Below, in pieces: positions 37,024 through 46,937 of a stretch of DNA of 64,000 nucleotides. The translations under genes and the position numbers were made by a program. This stretch comes from Clostridia bacterium (GTDB taxonomy: Bacteria; Bacillota; Clostridia; TANB77; CAG-508). Position 1 is the first letter of the stretch. Every line of letters starts with the position of its first letter. The stretch is taken from the NCBI GenBank assembly GCA_017456555.1, contig JAFTJF010000013.1, forward strand, positions 31,329-95,328. The letters are read 5' to 3'. Under the pieces are notes generated by a model. The model was not told the origin of the DNA and ran no database searches. It saw only the letters and a program-made list of their open reading frames with translations.

Positions 37024-38085
37024 ATGTTTCAAAGATTAGAAGACGTAGAAAAAAGATATGAAGAACTAAATGTTTTAATTAGTGATCCAGACGTAATCGC
37101 AAGACAAAACGAATGGAAAAACTATATGAAAGAACATAGTGATATTGAAGAAATAGTTCTCAAATACAGAGAATACAAAACAGTAAAGAAAAATTTGGAA
37201 GATGCTAAAGAAATGCTAGATGACCCAGAAATGAAAGAATTAGCAGAAATAGAAATGTTAGATGCTAAAGAAAAACTTCCAAAATTAGAAGATGAATTAA
37301 AAATTCTTTTAATACCAAAAGATCCAAATGATGATAAAAACGTTATTTGTGAAATTAGAGCTGGTGCTGGTGGAGAAGAAGCAGCATTGTTTGCTGGAGT
37401 ATTATTTAGAATGTACTCAATGTATGCAGAAAAAAATCGTTTCCAAATACAAGTAATATATGAAAATGAAACAGGAATCGGTGGATATAAAGAAATATCT
37501 TTCATGATTACTGGAAAAGGAGCTTATAGTAGATTTAAATTCGAAAGTGGTGTACACAGAGTACAAAGAGTTCCAGATACAGAAAGTAGTGGTAGAATAC
37601 ATACTTCTACAGCTACAGTAGCAGTACTTCCAGAAGTTGAAGATGTTGATGTTGAAATAAATCCAGCAGATATTAGAATGGAAGTGTTTAGAGCTTCAGG
37701 TGCTGGTGGACAACACGTTAATAAAACATCATCTGCTGTTAGATTAATTCACGAACCAACAGGAATTGTTGCTGAATGTCAAACAGAAAGATCACAACTT
37801 CAAAATAGAGAATATGCAATGAGAATGCTTAGATCAAAAATCTATGATATAGAAAGAGAAAAACAAGAAAAAGCAGTTGCAAGTGAAAGAAAGAGTCAAG
37901 TTGGTTCTGGAGATAGAAGTGAAAAAATTAGAACATACAACTATCCTCAAGGAAGAATAACAGACCATAGAATTGGATTTAGCGTATTCCAATTTGAAAA
38001 CTTCTTAAATGGAGATATGGATGAAATGATAGACAACTTAATTGCAACAGACAGAGCAGAAAAACTAAAAGGAAATAATGACTAA
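37024..38085 (+). CDS. prfA: Peptide chain release factor 1
   Basis: GGQ motif ([11 protein letters not shown]) and RF1-type tripeptide region (PDT in place of canonical PxT); 353 aa, no internal frameshift. Confidence 0.8.
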   Translation: MFQRLEDVEKRYEELNVLISDPDVIARQNEWKNYMKEHSDIEEIVLKYREYKTVKKNLEDAKEMLDDPEMKELAEIEMLDAKEKLPKLEDELKILLIPKDPNDDKNVICEIRAGAGGEEAALFAGVLFRMYSMYAEKNRFQIQVIYENETGIGGYKEISFMITGKGAYSRFKFESGVHRVQRVPDTESSGRIHTSTATVAVLPEVEDVDVEINPADIRMEVFRASGAGGQHVNKTSSAVRLIHEPTGIVAECQTERSQLQNREYAMRMLRSKIYDIEREKQEKAVASERKSQVGSGDRSEKIRTYNYPQGRITDHRIGFSVFQFENFLNGDMDEMIDNLIATDRAEKLKGNND

Positions 38086-38171
38086 TTAAATAAAAATTAA
38101 TCAAACAAAATCAATAAAAAAGAAGAACTTGTAAGAAAAATCTTATAAGTTCTTTTTTGTTTATATAATAA

Positions 38172-38980
38172 TTAAATAAGTTGAGAAAAAAGTCCAAGTA
38201 TTATTCCAGAAATATTTCCAAGAGATGCAAATCTACCAGAATATCTTTGTTTTGACTCTGGAATTAGCTCACAAGTAACGATATAAAGCATGCAACCAGC
38301 TGCAAAACTAAGAGAAAATCCTATAAATGTTAAAGAAATAGAACCTAAAATCGCGCCAAAGAAAGCTCCAAAACCAGTCATAACACCAGAAAGAGTTGTT
38401 ATAATTATTGCCTTTGATTTTGAGATACCACTATTTTTTAGTGGGAGGGAAATTGATATTCCTTCTGGAATATCATGAAGAGCAATTGCTATTGCTAGTT
38501 TTAATCCTAAAGAGCTAGAAGACTCAAAACCAGAACCGGATAGCTAATCCTTCAGGAAAGTTGTGAATTGCAAGTCCAGCAGCAACAACTAAACCTGTTT
38601 TTAGCAAAGAATTGGAAGTCGTTTTAGAAGATAAAGAAATGCGTTTTTTAATTAAATCATTACAAAGAATCATTATTAAGCTTCCTATTATAATTCCAAA
38701 AATACAGAAAGAAATATTAATAAATTCTAAAGCTTCAGGAATTAAGTCAAAGCAAATAATTGATGTCATAAGGCCGAGCTGCAAATTCTAAAATAAAACA
38801 AAGAAATTTATTTGATTTTAAATTAATGAATGCACCTATAAATCCACCTAAAAAAGTTCCAATAATTCCAAAAATAAGACCATAAAAACTAGTAAGACCT
38901 AAATTTTCCATAACAAAATAATTCCTTATTAAAAATATTTTTATAAGAAAATATATTAAAGGGAAATAAAAAATATTCAA
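38172..38980 (-). pseudogene. ZIP-family zinc transporter (ZupT-like) broken into at least 3 frame segments
   Basis: fragments 38747-38980 (N-terminus), 38524-38784 (HNFPEGLA signature) and 38172-38381 (C-terminus, LIPES) are co-linear but in three frames; middle part readable in a fourth frame. Confidence 0.65.
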
Positions 38981-39126
38981 AACAATAAAAATAAATTAAT
39001 AAAATAGTAAGATTAGATAGAAGATAATAAAAAATTTAAATAAAAATAAAACTTAGAAGAAAAATAGAAAATATAATAAGAAATTAAAAAAATTGAGAAA
39101 AAGGAAAAATATAAAAAATAAAACAA

Positions 39127-39165
39127 ACCGTCAAACCTAACGGAAATAAGAGGTTTGACGGTTGA
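39127..39165 (-). terminator. Rho-independent terminator (13-bp stem aaccgtcaaacct / aggtttgacggtt)
   Basis: perfect 13-bp inverted repeat; on minus strand followed by U-rich tract; immediately downstream of the 39196-39783 gene. Confidence 0.6.
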
Positions 39166-39195
39166 ATTTAAATTATCTTAATAATTTTTAAAAAT

Positions 39196-39783
39196 TTATT
39201 TTTTTTCTTCATTATATCTTAAAATCATTTTTCTTTGATAAGGAATTAATGAAAGGAATGAAATAGAAAGTCCAATAACTAAGATAACTGTCGATCTTGT
39301 TAAATTTGTTTTTGATTCATCAAAAACACTATTCATTTCTGACTGAAGAATTTTTATATGGTTTTCTGAAAATACTTCTCTATATTGTACACTTGCAAGT
39401 TCAATTGATTTTAATTGATATTCTAAATTTAAGTGAAGTAAGCTTAAAAATAAAATAATAGATAAAGCGATACAAATAATAAAGAAAATATTTAATGATT
39501 TTACTATTAATTTATAATTTTTTGGATCTGTTTTACATTTTTTGAATACGTCATAAGTGCTAAGTCTGCAAATAGCACGAATAATGAAATATAGAAAAAT
39601 TACAGATATTAGTGGAAGTGTTATATATAATCCACTGGCAGTACTACTTGAAAATTGACCTAAATAATAATTTCCTACTGCAAAAAATAATAAGCAAATA
39701 AAAATTGTTATTATTCCATATGATACGAACCCTGTAATTATTGCCTTAACAGTAGTTCTGGCTGATATTTCTTTCTTTTCCAT
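39196..39783 (-). CDS. Hypothetical polytopic membrane protein (195 aa)
   Basis: 4 predicted TM helices, ORF with terminator downstream. Confidence 0.45.
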   Translation of the reverse strand: MEKKEISARTTVKAIITGFVSYGIITIFICLLFFAVGNYYLGQFSSSTASGLYITLPLISVIFLYFIIRAICRLSTYDVFKKCKTDPKNYKLIVKSLNIFFIICIALSIILFLSLLHLNLEYQLKSIELASVQYREVFSENHIKILQSEMNSVFDESKTNLTRSTVILVIGLSISFLSLIPYQRKMILRYNEEKK

Positions 39784-39936
39784 ACTTTTTTCCTCCGTAC
39801 ACTTTTCTAATAAAAATCATATCACAAACGAAAAATAATTACAAGATAAAAAAATATAGTGAAGAAATTTGTTGCATTTTGTAAAGTTATAAGTTATAAC
39901 TAAAGTATATAGAAAATTCTTAAGGGGGATTTGAAA

Positions 39937-40275
39937 ATGGAAGAATACAAAAAAATGTGGAAAAATTATGCCGTATTTAGCGGAAGATCAACAAGAAGAG
40001 ATTACTGGATGGCTTGTTTATTTAATTTTGTAATTTCTTTAGCAGTAGGAGTTGTTGCAGGAGCTCTTGGATTAGGATTTTTATCAATATTATATTCTAT
40101 AGCAGTTATAATTCCAGGACTTGCATTAAATTTTAGAAGATTACATGATACAAATAGAAGTGCTTGGTGGTTATTAATTTCATTAGTACCACTAGTTGGA
40201 GTAATTGTTTTATTAGTATTTTATTGCTTACCTACAGTAGAAGAAGGAAACAGATTCGGAGAAATAGTAGAATAG
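39937..40275 (+). CDS. DUF805-family inner membrane protein
   Basis: SGRSTRRDYW motif typical of DUF805, 3 TM helices; RBS AAGGGGGA (ORF frame opens at TTG 39931). Confidence 0.6.
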   Translation: MEEYKKMWKNYAVFSGRSTRRDYWMACLFNFVISLAVGVVAGALGLGFLSILYSIAVIIPGLALNFRRLHDTNRSAWWLLISLVPLVGVIVLLVFYCLPTVEEGNRFGEIVE

Positions 40276-40282
40276 ACTAAAG

Positions 40283-40310
40283 TAAAAGGATACATTTATG
40301 TATCCTTTTT
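40283..40310 (+). terminator. Rho-independent terminator (aaaggatacat / atgtatccttt)
   Basis: inverted repeat followed by T-run. Confidence 0.5.
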
Positions 40311-40382
40311 AAATACAAAAAATAGGGAGTTATAATGAAATTAGTTGAAAATGTCGAGGAAAACGAAAAATGATTTTCTATT

Positions 40383-40886
40383 ATGCTAGTTATGATTTCA
40401 ATTGGGTGTGCAATTTTAGTATTACAAAGAATAATTGATGTTATCCAAGGAAGTACATATATGATATATTTTGCAATAATTTATGCAATTCTTCCTTGGA
40501 TATTTTATAAATTTTCTAAAATTTTAAATACTAGAAATGCAGATAGAAAAGATTTAAAGGAAACTGGAACAAAAGTAAAAGGTGAAATAGTTGATATTAA
40601 AAAACTTAAATACTATAGAAGTAGTAGAATTTCTCAAACTTTAGTGGTTGTATTTGATAATAAAAGTACAATGATATATGATATTTTAGAAAATGATGCT
40701 TTTAGCATATTAAAGATGCTACTAGATGAATATCCATTTGAAACAGTAAATACTGTGCCAGTTGATGTATATACTTACAAAAACAAAGTGTACGTGGATT
40801 TAGAAAGTGTTGATTTATCTAAAGTTGATGGCTATGAAGAAGCAGTAAAAATGTTAGAAGATATAAAAGATGATATGACGATGTAA
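40383..40886 (+). CDS. Hypothetical membrane-anchored protein (167 aa)
   Basis: two N-terminal hydrophobic helices, soluble C-terminal domain; terminator at 40895-40938. Confidence 0.4.
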   Translation: MLVMISIGCAILVLQRIIDVIQGSTYMIYFAIIYAILPWIFYKFSKILNTRNADRKDLKETGTKVKGEIVDIKKLKYYRSSRISQTLVVVFDNKSTMIYDILENDAFSILKMLLDEYPFETVNTVPVDVYTYKNKVYVDLESVDLSKVDGYEEAVKMLEDIKDDMTM

Positions 40887-41123
40887 AATAAAAAAATGAG
40901 AAGGCAATATTTATACAAAGTCTTCTCATCTTTTTTTGGAGGCGCCAGCCCTTCTTGTCTGTTGAAAGTATTGATAAATAAGCATTTTATTTTTAAATGG
41001 AGACATTGGAGACAAATATGAAATCTAAATATATATTAATATTTTTATAATCATAAAAAATTATTGAAATCTATTTTTTATTAATATATACTCATATATA
41101 TAACTTGGTTTAAGGAGAATTTT

Positions 41124-43106
41124 ATGCTAGTTTTAGATAAAATTAACAATTTTAAAAATATGATACAATATTATGAAGGATGGCTAAATGCTATAAATAT
41201 GTTAAGACCAAATAATACAAAAAAAGATATAAAAGGTCTTATAAAATCTTATATGACGAATCCTCTTTCAATGACTTTGTCAAATATTATGAATCTATCT
41301 AGGTCTTTACTGGCTTTAGAACAGGAACAATTAGATGTCATAAAAGGAAGTCCAAATACTGCCGATTCATCAAAAATGAAAAATATTCAAGACAAAATAT
41401 TATCAGAAGTAAATGTTTTTAATAAAATTCAAGTTTATCCAGGGAAAACAGGAACAGATGCGGATGTGTTTTTTCAATTGAGAAATGCATTAGCGCACGG
41501 AAATTTTTCTTGTTCAATAAATAAATATTATTTTAATGAGCAAATATTAAATTGGGCTGTTAACGATATGGTAGTTAATATTGATAATGGTAAAATACAT
41601 GGACAGATAACATATGAAGAACTACAAGAAATTTTAAGAAGTTATGAATGTGCTTCAGATGCAATGGGATTTAGAAAGTTAGAAAGATTTATACCAGTAC
41701 AAAATGATTTTGAAAAAGTAGTATTTACTGCAACTAAATGTGAAGGACAAGAAGGTTTTTGTATTAATGCACCACAATTTATATATGAAAACTATAAATC
41801 TGTGATGGATGAAGATATAGTTCATGAGTTTAGCTCTCAACAAGCAGTTTTGGGAAACAATACATTTGATGCAAGCAGGGGGGAAATTACTAATCATGAA
41901 AAGCAACAATTAGAACAAATTAAGAGATTTATAGGGGAAGAACGTTGGAAAAATCTATCAGCTGAATATAAGTATAGGCTTGCTAATGATTATATACTTA
42001 GTACATCACATAAAAAAACACAAAGTGTTGATAGAATGATTAATGGTTTTCGTTATCTGGGAAATGTAGATAATGAAAGAAAAAAATTTAATATGGAAGA
42101 AATCTATTATTTAGAAGCACCATTGTTTTATTCGAATTTTATGATTGAATATGCATTTTATTGCTTTGACTATGCGAGAGAAATAAATGGAAAAGAAGCT
42201 ACAAACATATTTTATCATGAGAATATTTCATTAGATGGAATTAACGTGGTAAATAATGGAACAGAACCTCTAGAAAAAGAGAAAAAATATTCTACAAGAT
42301 ATAGAGAAAAGAAAGAACGATATGAAAAAGAAATAAAAGATACATTAAATTCAATATCAAATTTAGTTTCAACAAATAATTTAGAAAATAGAAGACCAGA
42401 TAGAGAGATAAAAAATAACGAAGCAAAAGTGGAGTTAATAGGAAAAAAATTAGATGATATATATACAGGATTAACAGATAGAATACATATTGAAAAAGGA
42501 ATTTCAAAAGATGTAGCCTATGAAAAAATAAAAAAATATATTAATAATACTTATAAAATGTCTGAACTTAGTGATGAAGATAAAGGTTTTGTAAGAAGTT
42601 TAAATACAATTATAAATAATTATAAAAACAAAACTGTGGGATATAATATGAGTGATTTAGATTCAAGATTAAAAAAAGTTGAAGAAAAATTACAATATTA
42701 TCAAGAAAAACCATATAAAGATAAATACAAGGATAGTGCAGTGTTTTTTACACATTTTAGAAATGCAATTGCGCATGGAAACTATACGATAGATTATTCT
42801 AATGCAATGCGTGACGGTTTTGTGGATTATAATAAAATTTTATTTTCTTTTAAAAATGTAGATCCAACGACACATGCTACTGTTTTTGAAATAAAAAATA
42901 TTAGAGGGAAAAGGTTAAAATCTTTAATAGAAGATTTTTGTAAGAGTGTAGAAAAAAATGCAGAATTTAATGACAAATCAGATATGTTAGAAAAAAATTT
43001 AATAAGAGAAGCATTACTATCAAAAATGGTTACCTATAGTGAATCTGAAAGAATATATGATCAATCATTAGGAAAAGAAGTAGGTGTTCAATATGTTGAA
43101 GAGTAA
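41124..43106 (+). CDS. Dual-HEPN-motif protein (660 aa) with two R-N-x-x-A-H-G-N motifs at aa 120-125 and 546-551. Candidate RNase, defence or abortive-infection effector.
   Basis: FFQLRNALAHGNF (nt 41481-41504) and FTHFRNAIAHGNY (nt 42759-42782) match the HEPN Rx4H catalytic motif; AAGGAGA RBS; no similarity to housekeeping families recognised. Confidence 0.6.
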   Translation: MLVLDKINNFKNMIQYYEGWLNAINMLRPNNTKKDIKGLIKSYMTNPLSMTLSNIMNLSRSLLALEQEQLDVIKGSPNTADSSKMKNIQDKILSEVNVFNKIQVYPGKTGTDADVFFQLRNALAHGNFSCSINKYYFNEQILNWAVNDMVVNIDNGKIHGQITYEELQEILRSYECASDAMGFRKLERFIPVQNDFEKVVFTATKCEGQEGFCINAPQFIYENYKSVMDEDIVHEFSSQQAVLGNNTFDASRGEITNHEKQQLEQIKRFIGEERWKNLSAEYKYRLANDYILSTSHKKTQSVDRMINGFRYLGNVDNERKKFNMEEIYYLEAPLFYSNFMIEYAFYCFDYAREINGKEATNIFYHENISLDGINVVNNGTEPLEKEKKYSTRYREKKERYEKEIKDTLNSISNLVSTNNLENRRPDREIKNNEAKVELIGKKLDDIYTGLTDRIHIEKGISKDVAYEKIKKYINNTYKMSELSDEDKGFVRSLNTIINNYKNKTVGYNMSDLDSRLKKVEEKLQYYQEKPYKDKYKDSAVFFTHFRNAIAHGNYTIDYSNAMRDGFVDYNKILFSFKNVDPTTHATVFEIKNIRGKRLKSLIEDFCKSVEKNAEFNDKSDMLEKNLIREALLSKMVTYSESERIYDQSLGKEVGVQYVEE

Positions 43107-43539
43107 CGTATATAATGAAATTTTAGAGATTTTAAAATATATTCCATCGTATGATTTTGAAAAAATCCCAGAAACAGTTTTAGAAGATTTTAGAAAAAAG
43201 AAAGAAGAATGTTATGATTTTTCTTTTGATTTAGATAAACCTTTAGAACAACAAGAAATATCAAGAGATACATATATATTATTTGTAAGTATTTATAAAA
43301 ATTATATTGCAAATGAATATGAAAAAAATAAGATAAATGAAATGCTGAGATTAAATGAGTTAGCAAAAAGCAAAAAAAGTGAAATAAAATATTCTCAAAA
43401 TGTATTTAAAAAACGAGAAAAAATAAATAAGAAAATAACAAATGAAGTGTTAGAAGAAAAAATGATTATTGTTTATAAAAAAGATTTTTGGAATAAAATA
43501 ATAGAAAAAATAAAAAGATTGTTTGTTAGGAAAAAATAA
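43093..43539 (+). CDS. Small basic protein (148 aa from ATG) translationally coupled to the dual-HEPN gene
   Basis: ATG at 43093 overlaps the upstream stop (…aatATGttgaagagTAAcg); Lys-rich, no TM; terminator follows at ~43551-43586. Confidence 0.5.
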   Translation: MLKSNVYNEILEILKYIPSYDFEKIPETVLEDFRKKKEECYDFSFDLDKPLEQQEISRDTYILFVSIYKNYIANEYEKNKINEMLRLNELAKSKKSEIKYSQNVFKKREKINKKITNEVLEEKMIIVYKKDFWNKIIEKIKRLFVRKK

Positions 43540-43642
43540 AAAATTATTGTTAAGTGTCTCCTATATGAGAGTGGGGACACTTTTTAAAACGAAAATAAAA
43601 ACTAGCAATTCCTACTTACGTAAGTGTTTGCTAGTTGTTCTA

Positions 43643-43716
43643 TGGAGGCGCCTATCGGAATCGAACCGATGATCAGAGTTTTGCAGACTCGTGCCTTACC
43701 GCTTGGCTAAGGCGCC
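43643..43716 (-). tRNA. tRNA-Cys (anticodon GCA)
   Basis: revcomp GGCGCCTTAGCCAAGCGGTAAGGCACGAGTCTGCAAAACTC...CCA folds as cloverleaf with GCA anticodon. Confidence 0.8.
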
Positions 43717-43744
43717 GTGTTCTATATAATTTTAGATAAAAAAA

Positions 43745-43820
43745 TGGAGCGGGAAACGGGGCTCAAACCCGCGACCTATGCCTTGGCAAGGCATCGCTCT
43801 ATCAACTGAGCTATTCCCGC
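43745..43820 (-). tRNA. tRNA-Gly (anticodon GCC)
   Basis: revcomp GCGGGAATAGCTCAGTTGATAGAGCGATGCCTTGCCAAGGCATAGGTCGCGGGTTTGAGCCCCGTTTCCCGCTCCA. Confidence 0.8.
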
Positions 43821-44020
43821 GTCAAAATTAACGCATAACTATAATAACAAAAAAAAAAGAAAAAGTCAATACTAATTATTTGATATATTTTAAAATCTTT
43901 AAACAATATAATAATTACCTAATCTAAGTTATTTCTAAAATAAATTTAAATACAATAAGGAATAGTTCTATTTTATTATATGCAAAAAATTTTATTTTGT
44001 TATATTTTTTATAAAAATAA

Positions 44021-44050
44021 AAAGCCTCTATTTTAAATAGAGGCTTTAAA
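44021..44050 (-). terminator. Rho-independent terminator for SPFH gene (aagcctctattt / aaatagaggctt)
   Basis: 12-bp inverted repeat, U-rich tract on minus strand. Confidence 0.55.
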
Positions 44051-44063
44051 CATATTCAATTAA

Positions 44064-44873
44064 TTATATATCTAAAAATGGTATTACAGAATCACCTGTA
44101 ACTGTGGATGGTAGGTTACCATTCCATTTTTCAATAAATTTGTTTTTAATTTCTAATTCTTTTAATTTTAATGCATTTTCAGTTGTACTAGAATCTTGAA
44201 CTTGCATTACTTTTGCGTTAGCTTCAGCTTCAGCAATTTTCTTTTCATTTTCAATTTTTGCTTTTTCTAATTCATATTCAGCTTGTTTTGCTTCTTGTTC
44301 AGCAACTTGTTTTTTCTCAATAGCTTGGTTATATGCTGCAGAGAAATCTAAGTCTGTGATGTTGAAGTCGATTACGCTGAATCCTCTAGATTCAATTTTT
44401 CCTTTTAAAGATTCTTCCATTTTATCAGAAACTTCAGATCTTTTTGTTATAAGCTCTTCTGCTGTGTATTGAGCTGTAACACTTTTTACACTTTCTAAAA
44501 TTGAAGGGCTAATCATGATTGATTCATAATTTACACCAATATTTTTATAAATAGAGTATGCGTTATCTACAGTAACATTATAGTTAACTGCAACTTTTAG
44601 AGTAACCTCTTGTAAGTCTCTACTTGCTGTAGAACAATCGATTTCTGCTTTTTGTGTTCTACAATCCATAAGTACAATTCTCTCTATCATAGGTATTTGT
44701 AAATTTAAACCTTCTTGAACAATGTCTTGATTTGCTTTACCAAATCTTGTTCTAATACCAACATATCCAGTTGGTACAGATGTGAATGAACTAAATAATA
44801 TTGATAAGAATATCAATACAAATAATATAATTACTGCTAAAATAATTTTAGCTTTTATCGATGTAGCTTTCAT
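44064..44873 (-). CDS. SPFH/band-7 (prohibitin/HflC-like) membrane protein
   Basis: N-terminal TM, SPFH domain (VPTGYVGIRTRFGK...), C-terminal coiled coil. Confidence 0.75.
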   Translation of the reverse strand: MKATSIKAKIILAVIILFVLIFLSILFSSFTSVPTGYVGIRTRFGKANQDIVQEGLNLQIPMIERIVLMDCRTQKAEIDCSTASRDLQEVTLKVAVNYNVTVDNAYSIYKNIGVNYESIMISPSILESVKSVTAQYTAEELITKRSEVSDKMEESLKGKIESRGFSVIDFNITDLDFSAAYNQAIEKKQVAEQEAKQAEYELEKAKIENEKKIAEAEANAKVMQVQDSSTTENALKLKELEIKNKFIEKWNGNLPSTVTGDSVIPFLDI

Positions 44874-45119
44874 AAAATTCCTCCTTTGTTTTCCGTTTAT
44901 GAATTTTCAATACATTTATATTATATCATATTATTAACATAAATGCAAATTATTGGTTTACTAGAACGAAAAATGTCAATAAAACAAAGAAAAAACTTCT
45001 TTTATTTTACATAAAATTAAAAACGATAAGAAGTTAAGCTAACCATAATTTAACTATATATTTATTTGTAAAGTAGATAGTTTTATGATAATATGTAACT
45101 GATTTTAAAGGAGGTAATT

Positions 45120-45539
45120 ATGGAATATAGAAAATTTGATAATACTTATGTTGTAAGATTAAACAAAGGTGAAGAAGTTATTGGATCTTTAAAAGAACTT
45201 TGCAGAAATGAAAATATTGAACTTGCTGAAGTAACAGGACTTGGCGCAAGTGATTTAGTTGAAATTGGAGTATTTAATGTAAATACAAAAGAATACAATA
45301 CAAAAGTATTTGAAGGTATGTTTGAAATTACTTCTTTGGTAGGAAATGTAACTAGAAAAGATTCAGAAGTTTATCTTCATATTCATATAAATTTTGGAGA
45401 TGAAGATGGAACTGTAAAAGGTGGACATTTAGTAAAATCAAGAATTTCTGCAACATCAGAAATTATAGTTAGAAAAATAAATGGAAATGTTGGAAGAAAA
45501 TTAAGTGATGAAATTGGTTTAAATTTATTAAAATTTTAG
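45120..45539 (+). CDS. PPC (DUF296) domain protein
   Basis: 139 aa; LxSGEEVIxxLxE...LTGIGA...HLHI pattern typical of PCC/DUF296. Confidence 0.55.
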   Translation: MEYRKFDNTYVVRLNKGEEVIGSLKELCRNENIELAEVTGLGASDLVEIGVFNVNTKEYNTKVFEGMFEITSLVGNVTRKDSEVYLHIHINFGDEDGTVKGGHLVKSRISATSEIIVRKINGNVGRKLSDEIGLNLLKF

Positions 45540-45590
45540 TGAATAAATTAATGTAAGAATTAGAATACTATAAAGAAAAAGGAGATTTTA

Positions 45591-46868
45591 ATGAATAAGG
45601 TTAGTTTAGAATTGAAACAAGGGATAAAGGCTCATTTTATTAATACAGATTTATATAAAACTGATCTTTCTTGTATCATAATTACAACACCACTTAAAAG
45701 AGATACTGTTACAAAAAATGCTTTAATTCCATTTTTATTAAGAAGAGGTACAAAAAAATTACCTAACTTATCAGAAATAAATAAGAAAATGGAAGATATG
45801 TATGGAGCATCTTTTAATTGTGGTATAGATAAAATGGGAGATAATGTTGTTTTGAAATTCTATATAGAATCAATAAACAATGATTATGCTCTTAATAATG
45901 AAGATGTTTTAAAAATGAATTTAGAAAGTTTACTTGATATTGTATTTGATCCGGTACAAAATGGAAATCTATTAAATGAAGAATTTTTAAGTTTAGAAAA
46001 AGAGAATTTGAAAAAAGTAATTAATAGGAAAATTGATGATAAGGATTCATATGCATTAGAAGCATGTATTTCTAAAATGTATGGTGAAGAAAAATTTGGA
46101 TTATATAAATTTGGATATATTGAAGACGTTGATAGCATAACAATTGAAGAGATTTCTGATTACTATAATTGGTTAATTCAAAACTCAAAAATAGATATTT
46201 TTATTTCTGGAAATTTAAAGGAAGATGAAGTAAAAGAATTATTAAATAATAATCCTAACATAAAAAAATTAAGACCAAGAACAGAAAATTATATTTTGAA
46301 TAATGAATTCACAGAAAGTAAACAAATTGTGGAAAACGTTACTGAAATTTCAGAAAAAATGGATGTTACACAAGGAAAACTTGTAATGGGATTAGACATA
46401 GTTTCAGATATGGAAAATTTACAAGTTACATCATTAGTGTATAATGCAATTTTAGGTGATGGCGCTAATTCAATGATGTTCCAAAATGTAAGAGAAAAAG
46501 CAGGACTAGCATATTCTGCAAGAAGTACTTTTGTGAAACAAAAATTAAATATATTTATTAGATGTGGAATTCAAATTGAGAATTATGAAAAGGCAGTAAA
46601 AATTATTAAAGAACAATTAGAGAATATCAAAAAAGGTAATTTCACAGAAGAAGATATTCAAAATAGTAAAACATATTTGATTTCATCTTTGAAAAGTGTT
46701 GAAGAAGAGCAAGATACAGAAATTATTTATTATATTGGACAAGAAATTTCAAAAATGAATATGACTATAGATGAATATATTGAAAAAATTGAGAAGGTAA
46801 CAAAAGAGCAAATTGTAGAACTTGCAAATTCTGTTCATTTAAATACAATTTATTTTTTACGTTCTTAA
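45591..46868 (+). CDS. M16-family peptidase-like protein, probably non-catalytic partner (M16B)
   Basis: insulinase-like two-domain fold, lacks HxxEH. Confidence 0.65.
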   Translation: MNKVSLELKQGIKAHFINTDLYKTDLSCIIITTPLKRDTVTKNALIPFLLRRGTKKLPNLSEINKKMEDMYGASFNCGIDKMGDNVVLKFYIESINNDYALNNEDVLKMNLESLLDIVFDPVQNGNLLNEEFLSLEKENLKKVINRKIDDKDSYALEACISKMYGEEKFGLYKFGYIEDVDSITIEEISDYYNWLIQNSKIDIFISGNLKEDEVKELLNNNPNIKKLRPRTENYILNNEFTESKQIVENVTEISEKMDVTQGKLVMGLDIVSDMENLQVTSLVYNAILGDGANSMMFQNVREKAGLAYSARSTFVKQKLNIFIRCGIQIENYEKAVKIIKEQLENIKKGNFTEEDIQNSKTYLISSLKSVEEEQDTEIIYYIGQEISKMNMTIDEYIEKIEKVTKEQIVELANSVHLNTIYFLRS

Positions 46869-46937
46869 GTGTAAAAATTTAAGTTATTAATAATTAGATA
46901 AGATTAAATTATACAAATTTAAAATAGGAGAAAAATA

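Noticed and set aside
37024-38085. Checked for the programmed +1 frameshift typical of prfB
   Set aside because: The gene is RF1 (PxT-type, single uninterrupted ORF), so no frameshift site is expected or seen.
38290-38478. 62-aa + strand ORF in the ZupT region
   Set aside because: Mirror-frame artefact of the missing middle segment of the minus-strand ZupT pseudogene.
38981-39125. 150-nt extremely A-rich tract upstream of the ZupT pseudogene, as a possible repeat or CRISPR leader
   Set aside because: Simple low-complexity AT-rich promoter region without periodic repeats. No Zur-box palindrome recognised.
41000-44060. Looked for a CRISPR array near the dual-HEPN gene (which would make it Cas13-like)
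   Set aside because: No evenly spaced direct repeats of 25-40 nt are visible in the flanking 1-2 kb. The flanking sequence is ordinary AT-rich intergenic DNA, terminators and two tRNAs.
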